Shown: positions 28,463 through 39,020, numbered from the stretch's first letter. The stretch is DNA of 64,000 nt from an uncultured Desulfospira sp. (GCA_963663165.1 OY760175.1:5952001-6016000), one strand, 5' to 3'. The notes: generated from the letters alone by a model not told the origin. A program made the numbers and translations.

Positions 28463-29341
28463 ATGAGCCATAAATCAAATTTTTATAAGCGGATCACCCA
28501 AAACCAGGCGGCATTCAGCCCGAACGATAAAAAGATAGCCGAGTATCTGCTCCACTCATATCCGGGCGGACTGCTTGAAACCGCTTCGGCGATTGCGGGT
28601 AAGCTGGATTTGAGTGTTGCAACGATTACACGATTTTTCCCGAAAATCGGTTTCAACAGTATCCGGGACGCACAAGAGGAATTCAAAAACAGGTTCGACT
28701 TTTTAAAGGATTCCCCACTGGACCGGTATCAGAAAAAGAGAACTGCTGAAGAAAACAAAACCATATTCGACAAGGCCTGGGATCTGGATATGGCCAACAT
28801 TCAGCAAACCGCCGCCAACATAGACAAAAAAGATGTCCAACAGTTTGTGGACCTGATCTGCAGTAAAGACAGAACCATTTACATTGTCGGCGAACGCAAA
28901 ATGTTTGCCATGTCCTTTTATCTTTATGTTCAGCTCAACTCACTTCATCCGAACATTGTCCATATCCGGACCGATCAGTCCCTGATTGCGGATACGGTGG
29001 CCAAAGCCCGCCCCGAAGATGTGTTGATCCTCTTTGACTTCAGGCGCTACCCAAAGGCAAGCATCCGGCTTGCGGATATCTTTCGGACCATGGGGTGCAA
29101 AATTGTCGTCATCGGGGACTCTCCGATTTCCCCTAGTATCGGATATGCCGATATCTCCTTTTTAGTGGAGACCAAGGGCGTTTCCATTTTTGATTCCTAT
29201 ACACCGGGCATGACCTTAATTAACGCCCTGGTTGCCGAGGTGGCCCAGAAATCCGGGGATTATGTCATAGCGCACCATGAAAAATTAGAGGAATGCTACC
29301 GGAAACTGGAATTGTTCACCAATTATCAGGATAAGACATGA
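28463..29341 (+). CDS. MurR/RpiR-family transcriptional regulator
   Basis: N-terminal HTH (IAGKLDLSVATITRF..KIGF) plus SIS domain. Confidence 0.9.
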   Translation: MSHKSNFYKRITQNQAAFSPNDKKIAEYLLHSYPGGLLETASAIAGKLDLSVATITRFFPKIGFNSIRDAQEEFKNRFDFLKDSPLDRYQKKRTAEENKTIFDKAWDLDMANIQQTAANIDKKDVQQFVDLICSKDRTIYIVGERKMFAMSFYLYVQLNSLHPNIVHIRTDQSLIADTVAKARPEDVLILFDFRRYPKASIRLADIFRTMGCKIVVIGDSPISPSIGYADISFLVETKGVSIFDSYTPGMTLINALVAEVAQKSGDYVIAHHEKLEECYRKLELFTNYQDKT

Positions 29342-30924
29342 TGGATTATTTAATTAAAGACGCAACCCTTGTAGATGGTTCGGGGGATCCCGCTTTCAGG
29401 GCGGATATTGCTGTATCCGGCGATAGAATCAGCATGGTTAAAGCGTGCAGCGGTGCATCGGCCCGGACGGTCATCGAGGCTGCCGGAAAAATTGTCTGTC
29501 CCGGTTTTATTGATATGCACAGCCACTCTGATGTTCTGTTTTCCAACGGGGATCTGATCTCCCATAAAGTTTTTCAAGGCGTTACAACCGAGATCATCGG
29601 CCAGGACGGCATCTCCGCAGCGCCCCTCACCAGCGAATCCATTGACTTTATGGCCGAAATCATTGAGCCCTTGGGCGGAAAGGTTGAGGGCGGATGGCAG
29701 CCCTGGGATATGGACGGCTTTCTATGTGCCATTGCCCGCCGAAAAGCCGATCTGAACGTCATGACCCTGACCGGCCACTGCAACCTGAGGATGGCGGCAA
29801 TGGGCCACACCATGGCCGCCGCCTCCGACCAGGACCTGAAGCTTATGGGCAGCCTGCTGGCCAAAAGTTTTGAACAGGGGTCTGCAGGGCTTTCCCTGGG
29901 GTTGATTTATCCGCCCAGCAGCTATTCAAATGTCGATGAATTGATCCATCTTGGGAAAACAGTGAAGCAATACGACGGCATCATGGTTTCCCATATTCGC
30001 AATGAGATGGACAAGGTCCTGGATGCCCTGGAAGAGATGATCGCCATCGGTGAGGAGAGCGGCTGTAAAATTCATATTTCCCATTTAAAGTGCATGGGCA
30101 AAAGCAACTGGGGCAAGATGCCCCAGATCCTGGCACGCATTGACAAGGCTCTGAATCAGGGGGTTGCCATCTCCTTTGACCAATACCCTTATGATGCATC
30201 AAGCACCTCGCTTTCCCTTTTACTGCCGGGCTGGGCCATGGAAGGCGGGTGGCAGGGATTTAAAAAAACGGCCGGTGATCCGGCCCATAAAAGCAACATT
30301 TTGTCCCAGATTCAACAGACCATCCATCAAAGAGGGGGCGCCGGAGCCATCACCATTGCCTCGGTTCAAAGCGATAATGCCCCGAACCTGACCGGCAGAA
30401 CCATTTTGGAATTGTCCCGGAGCCGGGGGATTTCCGAAGCGGAGACGGTTTTTGACATTTTGTACCAGGAACAACTGCGGGTCATTGCCATTTATCATGC
30501 CATGGATGAAACGGATGTGGAATGTGCCATGACCCATCCCTTGCATACCGTTGGCAGTGACGGTGTCCTCGGGGATTTTCCCCACCCCCGGGCATATGGC
30601 ACCTTTCCGCGAATTCTACAGCATTATTGCGGTGAAAGGCGATTGTTCCCTCTGGAAAAGGCCATCCGGAAAATGACCTCAACCCCGGCGAAGGTCATGG
30701 GCATTAAGGATCGCGGCTGCATTAAAGAGGGCCAATATGCCGATCTGCTGATTTTTGAAAAAGACAAATTTATTGGAAACGCCACTTATAATGAGCCCAA
30801 ACAATTTGCTTCCGGGCTTGAATGGGTATTTCTCAACGGAAAGCCCCTGATCGAAAACGGGGTTAGACAAAAGAGTTTTCCAGGATATGTCCTTAAAAAG
30901 GAATCATTAATAATTAACCAATAG
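29338..30924 (+). CDS. N-acyl-D-amino-acid deacylase (D-aminoacylase)
   Basis: PGFIDMHSHSD, SHIRNE, HISHLK, DQYPY, GSDG...HPRAYGTFPR. Confidence 0.9.
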   Translation: MMDYLIKDATLVDGSGDPAFRADIAVSGDRISMVKACSGASARTVIEAAGKIVCPGFIDMHSHSDVLFSNGDLISHKVFQGVTTEIIGQDGISAAPLTSESIDFMAEIIEPLGGKVEGGWQPWDMDGFLCAIARRKADLNVMTLTGHCNLRMAAMGHTMAAASDQDLKLMGSLLAKSFEQGSAGLSLGLIYPPSSYSNVDELIHLGKTVKQYDGIMVSHIRNEMDKVLDALEEMIAIGEESGCKIHISHLKCMGKSNWGKMPQILARIDKALNQGVAISFDQYPYDASSTSLSLLLPGWAMEGGWQGFKKTAGDPAHKSNILSQIQQTIHQRGGAGAITIASVQSDNAPNLTGRTILELSRSRGISEAETVFDILYQEQLRVIAIYHAMDETDVECAMTHPLHTVGSDGVLGDFPHPRAYGTFPRILQHYCGERRLFPLEKAIRKMTSTPAKVMGIKDRGCIKEGQYADLLIFEKDKFIGNATYNEPKQFASGLEWVFLNGKPLIENGVRQKSFPGYVLKKESLIINQ

Positions 30925-30934
30925 GAGGTAAGCA

Positions 30935-32002
30935 ATGTTCAGAAGAAAGACATCCAACTGCCGGTTCACCTGGTTGGTCAGTATGCTTGTTGTTTTTTGT
31001 GTGGCCGGGGGCATGGCCAATGCCAAACCCATCACGTTGACTTTGGCAGACTCTACCGCTCCCGTGGGGCTCAGGGGCGAGGGGGTGAAAATTCTTGTGG
31101 AAGAAATTGAAAAACAGACAAATGGTCAGGTAAAAATCCATGTCCACTGGGGAAATTCACTGCTGAAGGCAAAAGAAATACTGGGCGGCATACAGAACGG
31201 CATCGTTGACGTGGGGTTTGTCAATCCCAACTATTATCCCAAACAGATGATTGTCAGCGGCGCTTTTTCACTGTTCCCCCAGGGGCCTAAAGCGTTCAGC
31301 AACATGGCCTGGTTTTATGAACAATGCTTTAATAACATCCCTCAGTTGAAAGCCGAATTTGAAAAACTCAAGTTAAAACCCATTTATACCAACACCGTTT
31401 TACCCGTATCCATTGTCTCTACCCAGCCGTTTACGAAATTTGAAGATTTTAAGGGGAAACGGATTCGTGCGGCCAGCCGCTGGTGGCTTGGGCAATTGAA
31501 AGGCGCCGGTGCCGTCCCTGTGTCCATTCCCTGGGGCGACTGCTACATGGCCCTGCAGACCGGTTCCATAGAAGGGGTATACACCAACCGGGATGGTGAA
31601 CACAGGACCAAACTCGATGAGGTGGCCAAACATGTCTATACCTGCAGGGAGTTGTGGGTGGGCGCCCCTTTTATTTACGCCATGAAAACCGATAAGTGGA
31701 ACGCTCTTTCAAAAGAGATCCAGGATCAGATCACCGCGGCCGGAAACTCCGCTGCCAAAAGATTTCAGGATTTGTATGAATCTGAATGGGCCAAGACCGA
31801 AGCCGCCCAAAAAGAGATGGGATGCACCATTACGGCGGCTTCTGCCGGCGATATTGAAAAATGGGTCACCATGCCCGTCATTAAAGAGCTTCAGGATGAA
31901 TGGGTAAAAGAGACCGGGGATGCCGGTGTTTCCCACCCGGAGCAAGTCATTGCAGAAATGAATGCCTTTCTGGAACAAGCCATTGCAAAGGACAATCCAT
32001 AA
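30935..32002 (+). CDS. dctP: TRAP transporter substrate-binding protein
   Basis: Signal peptide; EDFKGKRIR, YMALQTGSIEG motifs. Confidence 0.88.
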   Translation: MFRRKTSNCRFTWLVSMLVVFCVAGGMANAKPITLTLADSTAPVGLRGEGVKILVEEIEKQTNGQVKIHVHWGNSLLKAKEILGGIQNGIVDVGFVNPNYYPKQMIVSGAFSLFPQGPKAFSNMAWFYEQCFNNIPQLKAEFEKLKLKPIYTNTVLPVSIVSTQPFTKFEDFKGKRIRAASRWWLGQLKGAGAVPVSIPWGDCYMALQTGSIEGVYTNRDGEHRTKLDEVAKHVYTCRELWVGAPFIYAMKTDKWNALSKEIQDQITAAGNSAAKRFQDLYESEWAKTEAAQKEMGCTITAASAGDIEKWVTMPVIKELQDEWVKETGDAGVSHPEQVIAEMNAFLEQAIAKDNP

Positions 32003-32073
32003 ATTAAATTGCCCGGCATAGAAAAGAGCAACCGCTTTTTTATGCCGGGTTCAATGATGTCGGGAAAATAAAA

Positions 32074-32559
32074 ATGATAAAGAAAATCATGGACAGCATC
32101 TGTGACATTTTTGCAGAGATAAGCGGATGGCTTTTAAGCGCCATAATGGTCCTGCTTATCATTGATTTTGCCGGGCGGGGCCTGTCAATGCCTGTTCAGG
32201 GCGTGGGAGAACTGGCCGTGTTTGTGATGGTATCTGTTGTCTATCTTGGCCTTGCCCACGCAGAGAAAAAAAAGGGGCATGTCAGGGTAAACGCCATCAT
32301 TTCAAGGTGTCCCCCTGAAGCCGAAAAATGGTTTGATATACTTGTCCATCTCATCAGCCTTGCCACGGTGGTGATCATTGTCTGGGCGGTAAGCCGGAAT
32401 GCGTTTGAGGCCTATCTATCGGGAGAGGCGGTGGCCGGCACCGTTCCCCTTCCCGTCTGGCCGGTTAAATTTATCATTGTCATCGGCTGTCTGTTTTACC
32501 TGATCCAGGTTGTTTTCAATACCATTGGACTGTTTCAGAAACCAGACACCAAACCTTAA
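32074..32559 (+). CDS. dctQ: TRAP transporter small permease
   Basis: Four TM helices; GHVRV motif; operon position. Confidence 0.88.
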   Translation: MIKKIMDSICDIFAEISGWLLSAIMVLLIIDFAGRGLSMPVQGVGELAVFVMVSVVYLGLAHAEKKKGHVRVNAIISRCPPEAEKWFDILVHLISLATVVIIVWAVSRNAFEAYLSGEAVAGTVPLPVWPVKFIIVIGCLFYLIQVVFNTIGLFQKPDTKP

Positions 32560-32610
32560 CTCACTCAGTTTTGCCGTATTCATTCGGCTGATTGTTCAAA
32601 AGCATAGGAG

Positions 32611-33939
32611 ATGCCGCTTATGGAACCTGTGACCATTGGGATACTTTCGATCCTCCTCTTGTTCATCATGCTTGCAGCCAGTCTGCCCATTGCCGTCAAT
32701 TTTATTTTTGTCGGCTTTATGGCCACGGCACTGATGTTAAGCCTGGACAGCGCCCTGTCATTTTTAGGGCAGACCATGTACTATTCTCTGGCCAGCCCAA
32801 GTTTTACGGCCCTGCCTCTTTTTGTCCTCATGGGCGCCTTTGCTTCAAGCGGCGGTTTTGCCAAACGGGTTTATGACGGGGTTCATTCAGCGGCTGCCGG
32901 GCTGCCGGGGTCACTGGGAATCACCACCTGTTTCGGTTGTGCCGCCTTCGGGGCGGTATCCGGATCATCCCTGGCAGCATCGGCCATTTTCGGGAAGCTG
33001 GCGCTCCCGGAAATGAAACGCCATAATTATGATAAAAAATTTTCATTGGGAACCATCGCGGCTGCCGGAACCTTCGCGGCCATGATCCCCCCGAGCGCCC
33101 TGTTCATTATCTATGCTATTTTTACGGAACAGTCTGTTGGAAAACTGTTTATCGCCGGTATCATCCCCGGTGGGGTTACAGCCATTGTTTATTCCCTTGC
33201 CATTATCATCCGTGTCCGGTTGAATCCGTCCCTTGCACCTCAAATTATGACGGAAAAACAAATCAGTATTCAGAAAAGACTTTCTTCCCTGGTTCAGATC
33301 TGGCCGGTGGCGGTACTGGCCCTCGTTGTTCTCGGCGGCATCTACAGCGGCATCTTCACCCCCACGGAAGCCGGTGCCGCCGGGGCGTTTGCCACCCTTA
33401 TCTTTGGCATATTTCTAGGAAAACTCAATCAGGTAAAATATATCAAATCCGCCCTGAAGGAGTCGGCACAAACCACATCAATGGTATTTTTTATCATTGT
33501 GGGGGCGCTGTTCTTCACACGGGTGCTGACAGTATCCAGAATTCCTGTTGAACTGACCCAACTGATACTGAGCTGGAACCTGCCCAATTCAGTGGTCCTT
33601 TTTTCCATCCTGCTGTTATGGTTTCTGCTGGGCATGATTATCATCCCCACCGGTATCTGTGCATTGACCCTGCCCATTGTTTATCCCATCATTATCCAGT
33701 TAGGGTATGACCCCATCTGGTTTGGCGTGATTATCCTGAAACTTGTGGAAATTGCTGCCGTGACACCGCCCATCGGCCTGAATGTGTTTACCTTAAAAGG
33801 GGTGGCGGGTGAAGATACAACCCTGGAAGATATTTATCAAGGCATCTGGCCCTTCATTATCTGTGATCTGATTGTCCTCATACTGCTCATCATGTTTCCG
33901 CAGATATCCTTGTTCCTTCCAAACCTGATGATGCAATAA
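32611..33939 (+). CDS. dctM: TRAP transporter large permease
   Basis: ALPLFVLMG, SGSSLA, MIPPS, GIFTPTEA, TPPIGLN motifs. Confidence 0.92.
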   Translation: MPLMEPVTIGILSILLLFIMLAASLPIAVNFIFVGFMATALMLSLDSALSFLGQTMYYSLASPSFTALPLFVLMGAFASSGGFAKRVYDGVHSAAAGLPGSLGITTCFGCAAFGAVSGSSLAASAIFGKLALPEMKRHNYDKKFSLGTIAAAGTFAAMIPPSALFIIYAIFTEQSVGKLFIAGIIPGGVTAIVYSLAIIIRVRLNPSLAPQIMTEKQISIQKRLSSLVQIWPVAVLALVVLGGIYSGIFTPTEAGAAGAFATLIFGIFLGKLNQVKYIKSALKESAQTTSMVFFIIVGALFFTRVLTVSRIPVELTQLILSWNLPNSVVLFSILLLWFLLGMIIIPTGICALTLPIVYPIIIQLGYDPIWFGVIILKLVEIAAVTPPIGLNVFTLKGVAGEDTTLEDIYQGIWPFIICDLIVLILLIMFPQISLFLPNLMMQ

Positions 33940-34010
33940 CCGGTGTTTAATTTGCCTGTATCGGTGGCCCGCTCCAACAACGTGGCCTTTACAACGCAGC
34001 CCTTATGGAT

Positions 34011-34904
34011 TCAATGCGAACTTGCCGGCATCATCCGGGACAATTGGGTCAGGAAATTCCATTCATGGTTCACTTTCTCTTGAACCTGTTCATAATCGGC
34101 ATCGGACAGGTGGCGGAACCGGCCCTGGGGTTTAAAATAATCCTGTACAGGGATGGGGGGCGGGTCCTGGGTGATCCGGTAATCTTCCCCATTATAAACT
34201 TCGTACAGAGGAAACACCCTGGACCGGGTGGCCAGCCTGGAAATTTCAATGGATTTTTCCGACGGGATCTTCCAGCCCGACGGGCAGGCGGACAGGGCAT
34301 GGATGAATGTGGTGCCGCGGGTTTTGGCCGCTGTTTTAACCTTTTTGATAAAATCATCCAGATAGGCAATATTGGCGGTGGCACAATAGGGGATTTTGTG
34401 GCCTGCCATGATCCGGATGATATCTTTTTTGTTGCTGGATTTGGGCCCTGTTACCGGCGTGGTGGTGGTCCAGGCTTTTTCCGGGGTGGCTGAAGAACGC
34501 TGAACACCGGTGTTCATGTAAGCTTCGTTGTCATAGCAGATGTAAATGATGTCTTCGTTTCGTTCTGCTGCACCGGACAGGGACTGGATGCCGATATCAA
34601 AGGTGCCGCCGTCACCGGCAAAGGCCAGGACTTTGGTGTCCTGCTTTCCTTGAAGATCAAGCCCTGCCCGGACCCCTGAGGCGGCGGCCCCGGTGGTGGC
34701 AAAGGCGGTGTGAAGCAAGGGAACATTCAGGTTGGAATAGGGAAACGGACCCGGGATAATGGCCCAGCAGCAAGCCGGGATGACCACGACGATGTCGGGG
34801 CCGATGGCCGCTAAGGCATGTTTCATTATAATCGTTCCGGCGCACCCCTGGCAGGCCAGGTGGCCGGGCATCATTAGTTCATCGTGGGCAAATTCGAATG
34901 TCAT
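34011..34904 (-). CDS. 2-oxoacid:acceptor oxidoreductase beta subunit (TPP-binding)
   Basis: GHLACQGC, AGDGGTFDIG, DNEAYMNTGVQRS. Confidence 0.92.
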   Translation of the reverse strand: MTFEFAHDELMMPGHLACQGCAGTIIMKHALAAIGPDIVVVIPACCWAIIPGPFPYSNLNVPLLHTAFATTGAAASGVRAGLDLQGKQDTKVLAFAGDGGTFDIGIQSLSGAAERNEDIIYICYDNEAYMNTGVQRSSATPEKAWTTTTPVTGPKSSNKKDIIRIMAGHKIPYCATANIAYLDDFIKKVKTAAKTRGTTFIHALSACPSGWKIPSEKSIEISRLATRSRVFPLYEVYNGEDYRITQDPPPIPVQDYFKPQGRFRHLSDADYEQVQEKVNHEWNFLTQLSRMMPASSH

Positions 34905-36055
34905 GGTTTTAATCCTTTCCAGATGGACTGTCCGTCGGACTGATCCTGACTTAAGGTTTGCTTAACCATTTCCATGATATGGTCCGGGGTGATGCTCCGG
35001 CCGCCAAGACCGGCAATATAGGAAAATATCTGGGGACCATCCGGCTGATGGGCCAGGGCCCCTTTGAGTTCATCGGCAAAGATGCCGCCTTTTCCCCAGG
35101 AGCAGTTCCGGTCGATCACCAGAACCTTTTTGCAGGATTTAAGGGCCGTTTGAACGGCGTTTACCGGAAAGGGCCTGAAGGCGCGCATTTTTAATAATCC
35201 GGCTTTGATTCCTTTGCCTCTCAGTTCTTCTAAAACCAGCCGGGCCGGGCTTGTAATGGTGCTGGACGTGACCATGACCAGATCGGCGTCATCGCACTGG
35301 ACCGCCTCCACAAGCCCGTAATGCCTGCCAAACATCTCTCCAAACTGCTGCCCGGTCTCTTCAATCACATCAATGGCCTTGATATGGGCCTGGTTGAAGT
35401 GGTACCGGATCTCCATAAAATTGTCGGGCATGACCAGGGGATAAAAGGTCTTGGGCGCATCCGGGGTAAGGTAAACTTCAGGGGTGTAGGCGGGTAAAAA
35501 ATCATCCACAGTTTCCTGGGACGGGATATCCACGGGCTCATAAGTGTGGCTTAAGAAAAAAGCATCATAGCAGATCATGACCGGCAGATTGACCTGCTCG
35601 GCGATCCGGTATGCCTGGATAACGGAATCCAGTACCTCCTGGTTGTCTTCCACATAGATCTGGATCCATCCGGTATCCCGCTGGGCCAGGGAATCTCCCT
35701 GGTCAGCCCAGATGTTCCACCCGGGCGCCAGGGCCCGGTTAACGTTGACCATGACGATGGGCAGTCGGGCCCCGGCGGCCCAGTGAAGCATTTCGTGCAT
35801 CAGGGCAAGTCCGTTGGAGGAGCTTGCCGTAAAAGAGCGGACCCCTGTGGCCTGGGCCGCGATCACCGAAGCCATGGCCGAGTGTTCGGATTCCACTTTC
35901 AGGAATTTGGCATCCATGCTGCCGTTGGAACACATCTCGGATAATTCCTCTACAATATGGGTCTGGGGGGTAATGGGGTAGGCCGCGATCATCTTTACCC
36001 TTGAAAGCTGGACTCCCCAGCTGGCCGCATGGTTTCCCATCAGCACTTTTTTCAT
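34901..36055 (-). CDS. 2-oxoacid:acceptor oxidoreductase alpha subunit
   Basis: AAYPITPQT, VESEHSAM, GLGGR; start placed at ATG 36055 behind GGAGG. Confidence 0.92.
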   Translation of the reverse strand: MKKVLMGNHAASWGVQLSRVKMIAAYPITPQTHIVEELSEMCSNGSMDAKFLKVESEHSAMASVIAAQATGVRSFTASSSNGLALMHEMLHWAAGARLPIVMVNVNRALAPGWNIWADQGDSLAQRDTGWIQIYVEDNQEVLDSVIQAYRIAEQVNLPVMICYDAFFLSHTYEPVDIPSQETVDDFLPAYTPEVYLTPDAPKTFYPLVMPDNFMEIRYHFNQAHIKAIDVIEETGQQFGEMFGRHYGLVEAVQCDDADLVMVTSSTITSPARLVLEELRGKGIKAGLLKMRAFRPFPVNAVQTALKSCKKVLVIDRNCSWGKGGIFADELKGALAHQPDGPQIFSYIAGLGGRSITPDHIMEMVKQTLSQDQSDGQSIWKGLKP

Positions 36056-37812
36056 ATGTCCTCCTCCATGGTCATGGCGGATCTGGGGCATTCATTAACG
36101 CAGATTCCGCATCCCTTGCAGTAATCCAGGTCAATGTCATACCCGGTGCCGTCCAGGCGTTTGATGACCGACAAATCCGGGCAAAAGGCAAGGCAGTTGT
36201 CACACTGGGTACACACCCCGCAATGAAAGCAGCGGTCCGCTTCTGAAAGGGCCGCATCTTCTGCAAGGGCGCTGGCCACTTCGTCAAACCCGGCAAGGCG
36301 CTGCTGAACCGGCAGTTTGTTTTTTTTGATCCGGTCCTGCCGGGTAAAATAGGCTGTATTGATGTCCTTAAATTCAGGCACCTGTTTGGAGACCCGCCGG
36401 GATTCGGTATGGGTTTTGGCCATGATGTATTTGGATGCTGAGATCCGGTCTGTGTTGCCAATGCCGATCCAGTCTTTGATGGACCGGATATCCAGGCTTT
36501 CAAAATCCGCATCAATGGTGCAGGCTGCGGCCTTTCCCGACCCGATGGCCTCGGCGATATTGTGGTCTTCCAGGGCGGCATCGCCCCCGGCATACACATT
36601 TTTAAGGGCTGTTGCCCCAAAGCCGTCAATAAGGACTTTTTTGTGGCCCCCGGAAAGTTCCTGGGGGACCAGGTCAAGGTCAAGGGTTTCCCCCACGGCC
36701 GTGATCACGGTATCGGCGTCAACCAGAAATTCAGATCCATCTACGGGAACAGGACGCCTTCGGCCGGATTCGTCCGGATCTCCCAGCCGGGTCCGGATAA
36801 ACCGGACCTGTGTGACCCTGCCGTCTTCCACCACCAGATCAAGAGGTTTGGCCAGGAATTCAAAGAGAACCCCTTCGGTTTTGGCATCTTCAATTTCCTC
36901 CTCAAAGGCCGGCATTTCCGTCTGGGTCCGGTGGTAATAAACGGTGACCGTACCGCCTGACCTCAGTGCGGTTCGGGCCGCGTCAATGGCAGAGTTGCCG
37001 CCGCCGATAACGACGGTTTTGCCGGGGTTGGCCTTAATTTTTCCCCGGGCCGCAAGGGTCAGAAAGTCCAGAGAGCCATAAAGGCCCAAGGCCTTTGGCT
37101 GATCCCCAAACAGGTTACGCTCCTTGTGGCAGCCCACACCCACAAAAACGGCGTCAAATTTTTCCAGGGCCTGCCAGGGCAGGTCTTTGCCAATGGTAGT
37201 GCTGCATTGAATTTCAACGCCTAAGCTCAGGATATCGTTAATCTCCAGATCAAGGATGTCTTTTGGCAGGCGGTAGGCGGGGATGCCGTATCGTAAGATC
37301 CCGCCGGGCCGGTCATCCTTTTCATAAATGGTGACGCTGTGGCCGAATCTTGCCAGATGCCAGGCACAGGACAGGCCGGCAGGGCCCGAGCCCACCACCG
37401 CGATGGTTCTGCCGGACGGGGAAAAGACCGGTTCGGCCCGGTATCCGTCCCGCCCTTTATCTGAAACAAACCGTTCCAGGGAATTGATGGAAAGGCCCTG
37501 GTCAAAATACTGTCGGTTGCAGGCCTTTTCACAGGGGTGAAAGCAGACCCTTCCGCAGACGGCGCTTAACGGGTTTTCCTGTTTGATCAGGTTCAGGGCG
37601 GCGGTATAGTTTTTTTCCCGGGCAAGCTTGATAAATCCTTCGACATTGCTTCCTGCAGGACAGCCGTTGTTGCAGGGCGGGGTCATCTGCCGGTATACCG
37701 GCCGCAGGTAGCGCCATGACCCGGTTTTGTTCCAGAGCATGCTCCCTTTGGCGATGACAAAGGCAGGGACTTCATCAAGGGTTTGATAAACTATGGGGTT
37801 TCGATGGGGCAT
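36052..37812 (-). CDS. Delta-subunit/GltD-like FAD/NAD(P) oxidoreductase fusion with 4Fe-4S clusters
   Basis: KTGSWRYLRPV (delta N-terminus), PCNNGCP, CGRVCFHPCE, GSGPAG, GGGNSA, CFHCGVCTQCDNC, YCKGCGICVNECP. Confidence 0.88.
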   Translation of the reverse strand: MPHRNPIVYQTLDEVPAFVIAKGSMLWNKTGSWRYLRPVYRQMTPPCNNGCPAGSNVEGFIKLAREKNYTAALNLIKQENPLSAVCGRVCFHPCEKACNRQYFDQGLSINSLERFVSDKGRDGYRAEPVFSPSGRTIAVVGSGPAGLSCAWHLARFGHSVTIYEKDDRPGGILRYGIPAYRLPKDILDLEINDILSLGVEIQCSTTIGKDLPWQALEKFDAVFVGVGCHKERNLFGDQPKALGLYGSLDFLTLAARGKIKANPGKTVVIGGGNSAIDAARTALRSGGTVTVYYHRTQTEMPAFEEEIEDAKTEGVLFEFLAKPLDLVVEDGRVTQVRFIRTRLGDPDESGRRRPVPVDGSEFLVDADTVITAVGETLDLDLVPQELSGGHKKVLIDGFGATALKNVYAGGDAALEDHNIAEAIGSGKAAACTIDADFESLDIRSIKDWIGIGNTDRISASKYIMAKTHTESRRVSKQVPEFKDINTAYFTRQDRIKKNKLPVQQRLAGFDEVASALAEDAALSEADRCFHCGVCTQCDNCLAFCPDLSVIKRLDGTGYDIDLDYCKGCGICVNECPRSAMTMEEDI

Positions 37813-37874
37813 GATCTGCCTCCTTTGGCTGTTAGCAGTTAGCTTTTAGCTGTTGGCTTGTTGGCTTTTAGCGG

Positions 37875-38426
37875 TTAGCTGAAAATGACAGCGTCAAAGG
37901 CCATTTTCGCGGCAGCACTGTTTTTTTCGGGCTTGATGGGAACTTCTTTTTCCACGGCCCGGCAGACAGCGTCAATCCCCACCAGGCCCGAACTTTTCGC
38001 AAAAGCGCCGCAAATGGCCGTATTGACAATGGGGGCGGTCAAAGAACCTAACCCATGGTCAGCGGCAATCTTAGAGGCGTCCACACAATGAACCCGATAC
38101 CCGTCGGGCAGGTTCAGCTCACGGGGCGTTAAGGACGTGTTGATCAGGATAGAGCCGTTTTCTTTAAGGCCCAGTGTAAAATCAATTACCTCAATCAAAG
38201 ACGGGTCAAGGACCACCACAAAATCAGGGGCGGTGACTTCACTTCTAATGAGAATCTTGTCCGCTGCGATTCGCAAGAATGCCTCGACCGGCGCCCCTCT
38301 TCGTTCAACGCCGAATTTTGGAAAAGATTGAACCCAGTTGCCTTCTTCAAACGCGGCTACGGCCAGAATTTTTGATGCGATAACCGAACCCTGCCCGCCG
38401 CGGCCGTGCAATCGGATCTCTTTCAT
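37875..38426 (-). CDS. 2-oxoacid:acceptor oxidoreductase gamma subunit
   Basis: EIRLHGRGGQG, FGVERRGAPV, PIVNTA. Confidence 0.92.
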   Translation of the reverse strand: MKEIRLHGRGGQGSVIASKILAVAAFEEGNWVQSFPKFGVERRGAPVEAFLRIAADKILIRSEVTAPDFVVVLDPSLIEVIDFTLGLKENGSILINTSLTPRELNLPDGYRVHCVDASKIAADHGLGSLTAPIVNTAICGAFAKSSGLVGIDAVCRAVEKEVPIKPEKNSAAAKMAFDAVIFS

Positions 38427-38451
38427 AGCAGATACCCTCCTTTATAGAAAG

Positions 38452-38547
38452 GTTAAGTATTTCTATACTCTGTTTGACGAGAGTGAAAAAGTCAAGGGTT
38501 TTTTATATTCATTTTTGGGTTGACATTGGCGTTTAGTAGGTATACAC
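38452..38547. promoter_or_regulatory. Divergent promoter region with two 17-bp candidate MarR operators
   Basis: gttaag-N5-ctatac (38452-38468) and gtttag-N5-atacac (38531-38547); TTGACA at 38520; a third site at 39036-39052. Confidence 0.55.
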
Positions 38548-38558
38548 TATGACCCATT

Positions 38559-39020
38559 ATGGATAAAGTAAAGTTGCTTATACTCAAAAAATTTCGTTCC
38601 ATCATGGATCTGGCCATGGAATTGGAACAAACCCCCCAGAAATTCGGGACCCAGGAGCTGCTCTCCCAAACCGAGATTCATCTGATCGAAATCATCGGTG
38701 ATATCGAAGGGCTCAGTGTGACGGATATCAGCAAGTATCTGGGCATTACCAAGGGGGCGGTTTCCCAGAGTTTAAAGCGGCTTGAAACCAAGGGATTTAC
38801 ATTAAAAGAGACAGATCCACAGAATTTATCCAGAGCCATTGTGATGCTGACCGCCAAGGGCCAGACCGCATACTGGGCCCATAAACACTGGCATGAAACC
38901 ATGGACGGCGGATTTATCGGATACCTGGAAAACCTGGATGACGCATCCTTAAAAATTATTATTGAGTTCATGGAAAGAAGCGAGACGTTTTTAAGCGTGA
39001 TGCTTAAATCAAGAATATAA
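38559..39020 (+). CDS. MarR-family transcriptional regulator
   Basis: wHTH LSVTDISKYLGITKGAVSQSLKRLETKG...LTAKG. Confidence 0.9.
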   Translation: MDKVKLLILKKFRSIMDLAMELEQTPQKFGTQELLSQTEIHLIEIIGDIEGLSVTDISKYLGITKGAVSQSLKRLETKGFTLKETDPQNLSRAIVMLTAKGQTAYWAHKHWHETMDGGFIGYLENLDDASLKIIIEFMERSETFLSVMLKSRI

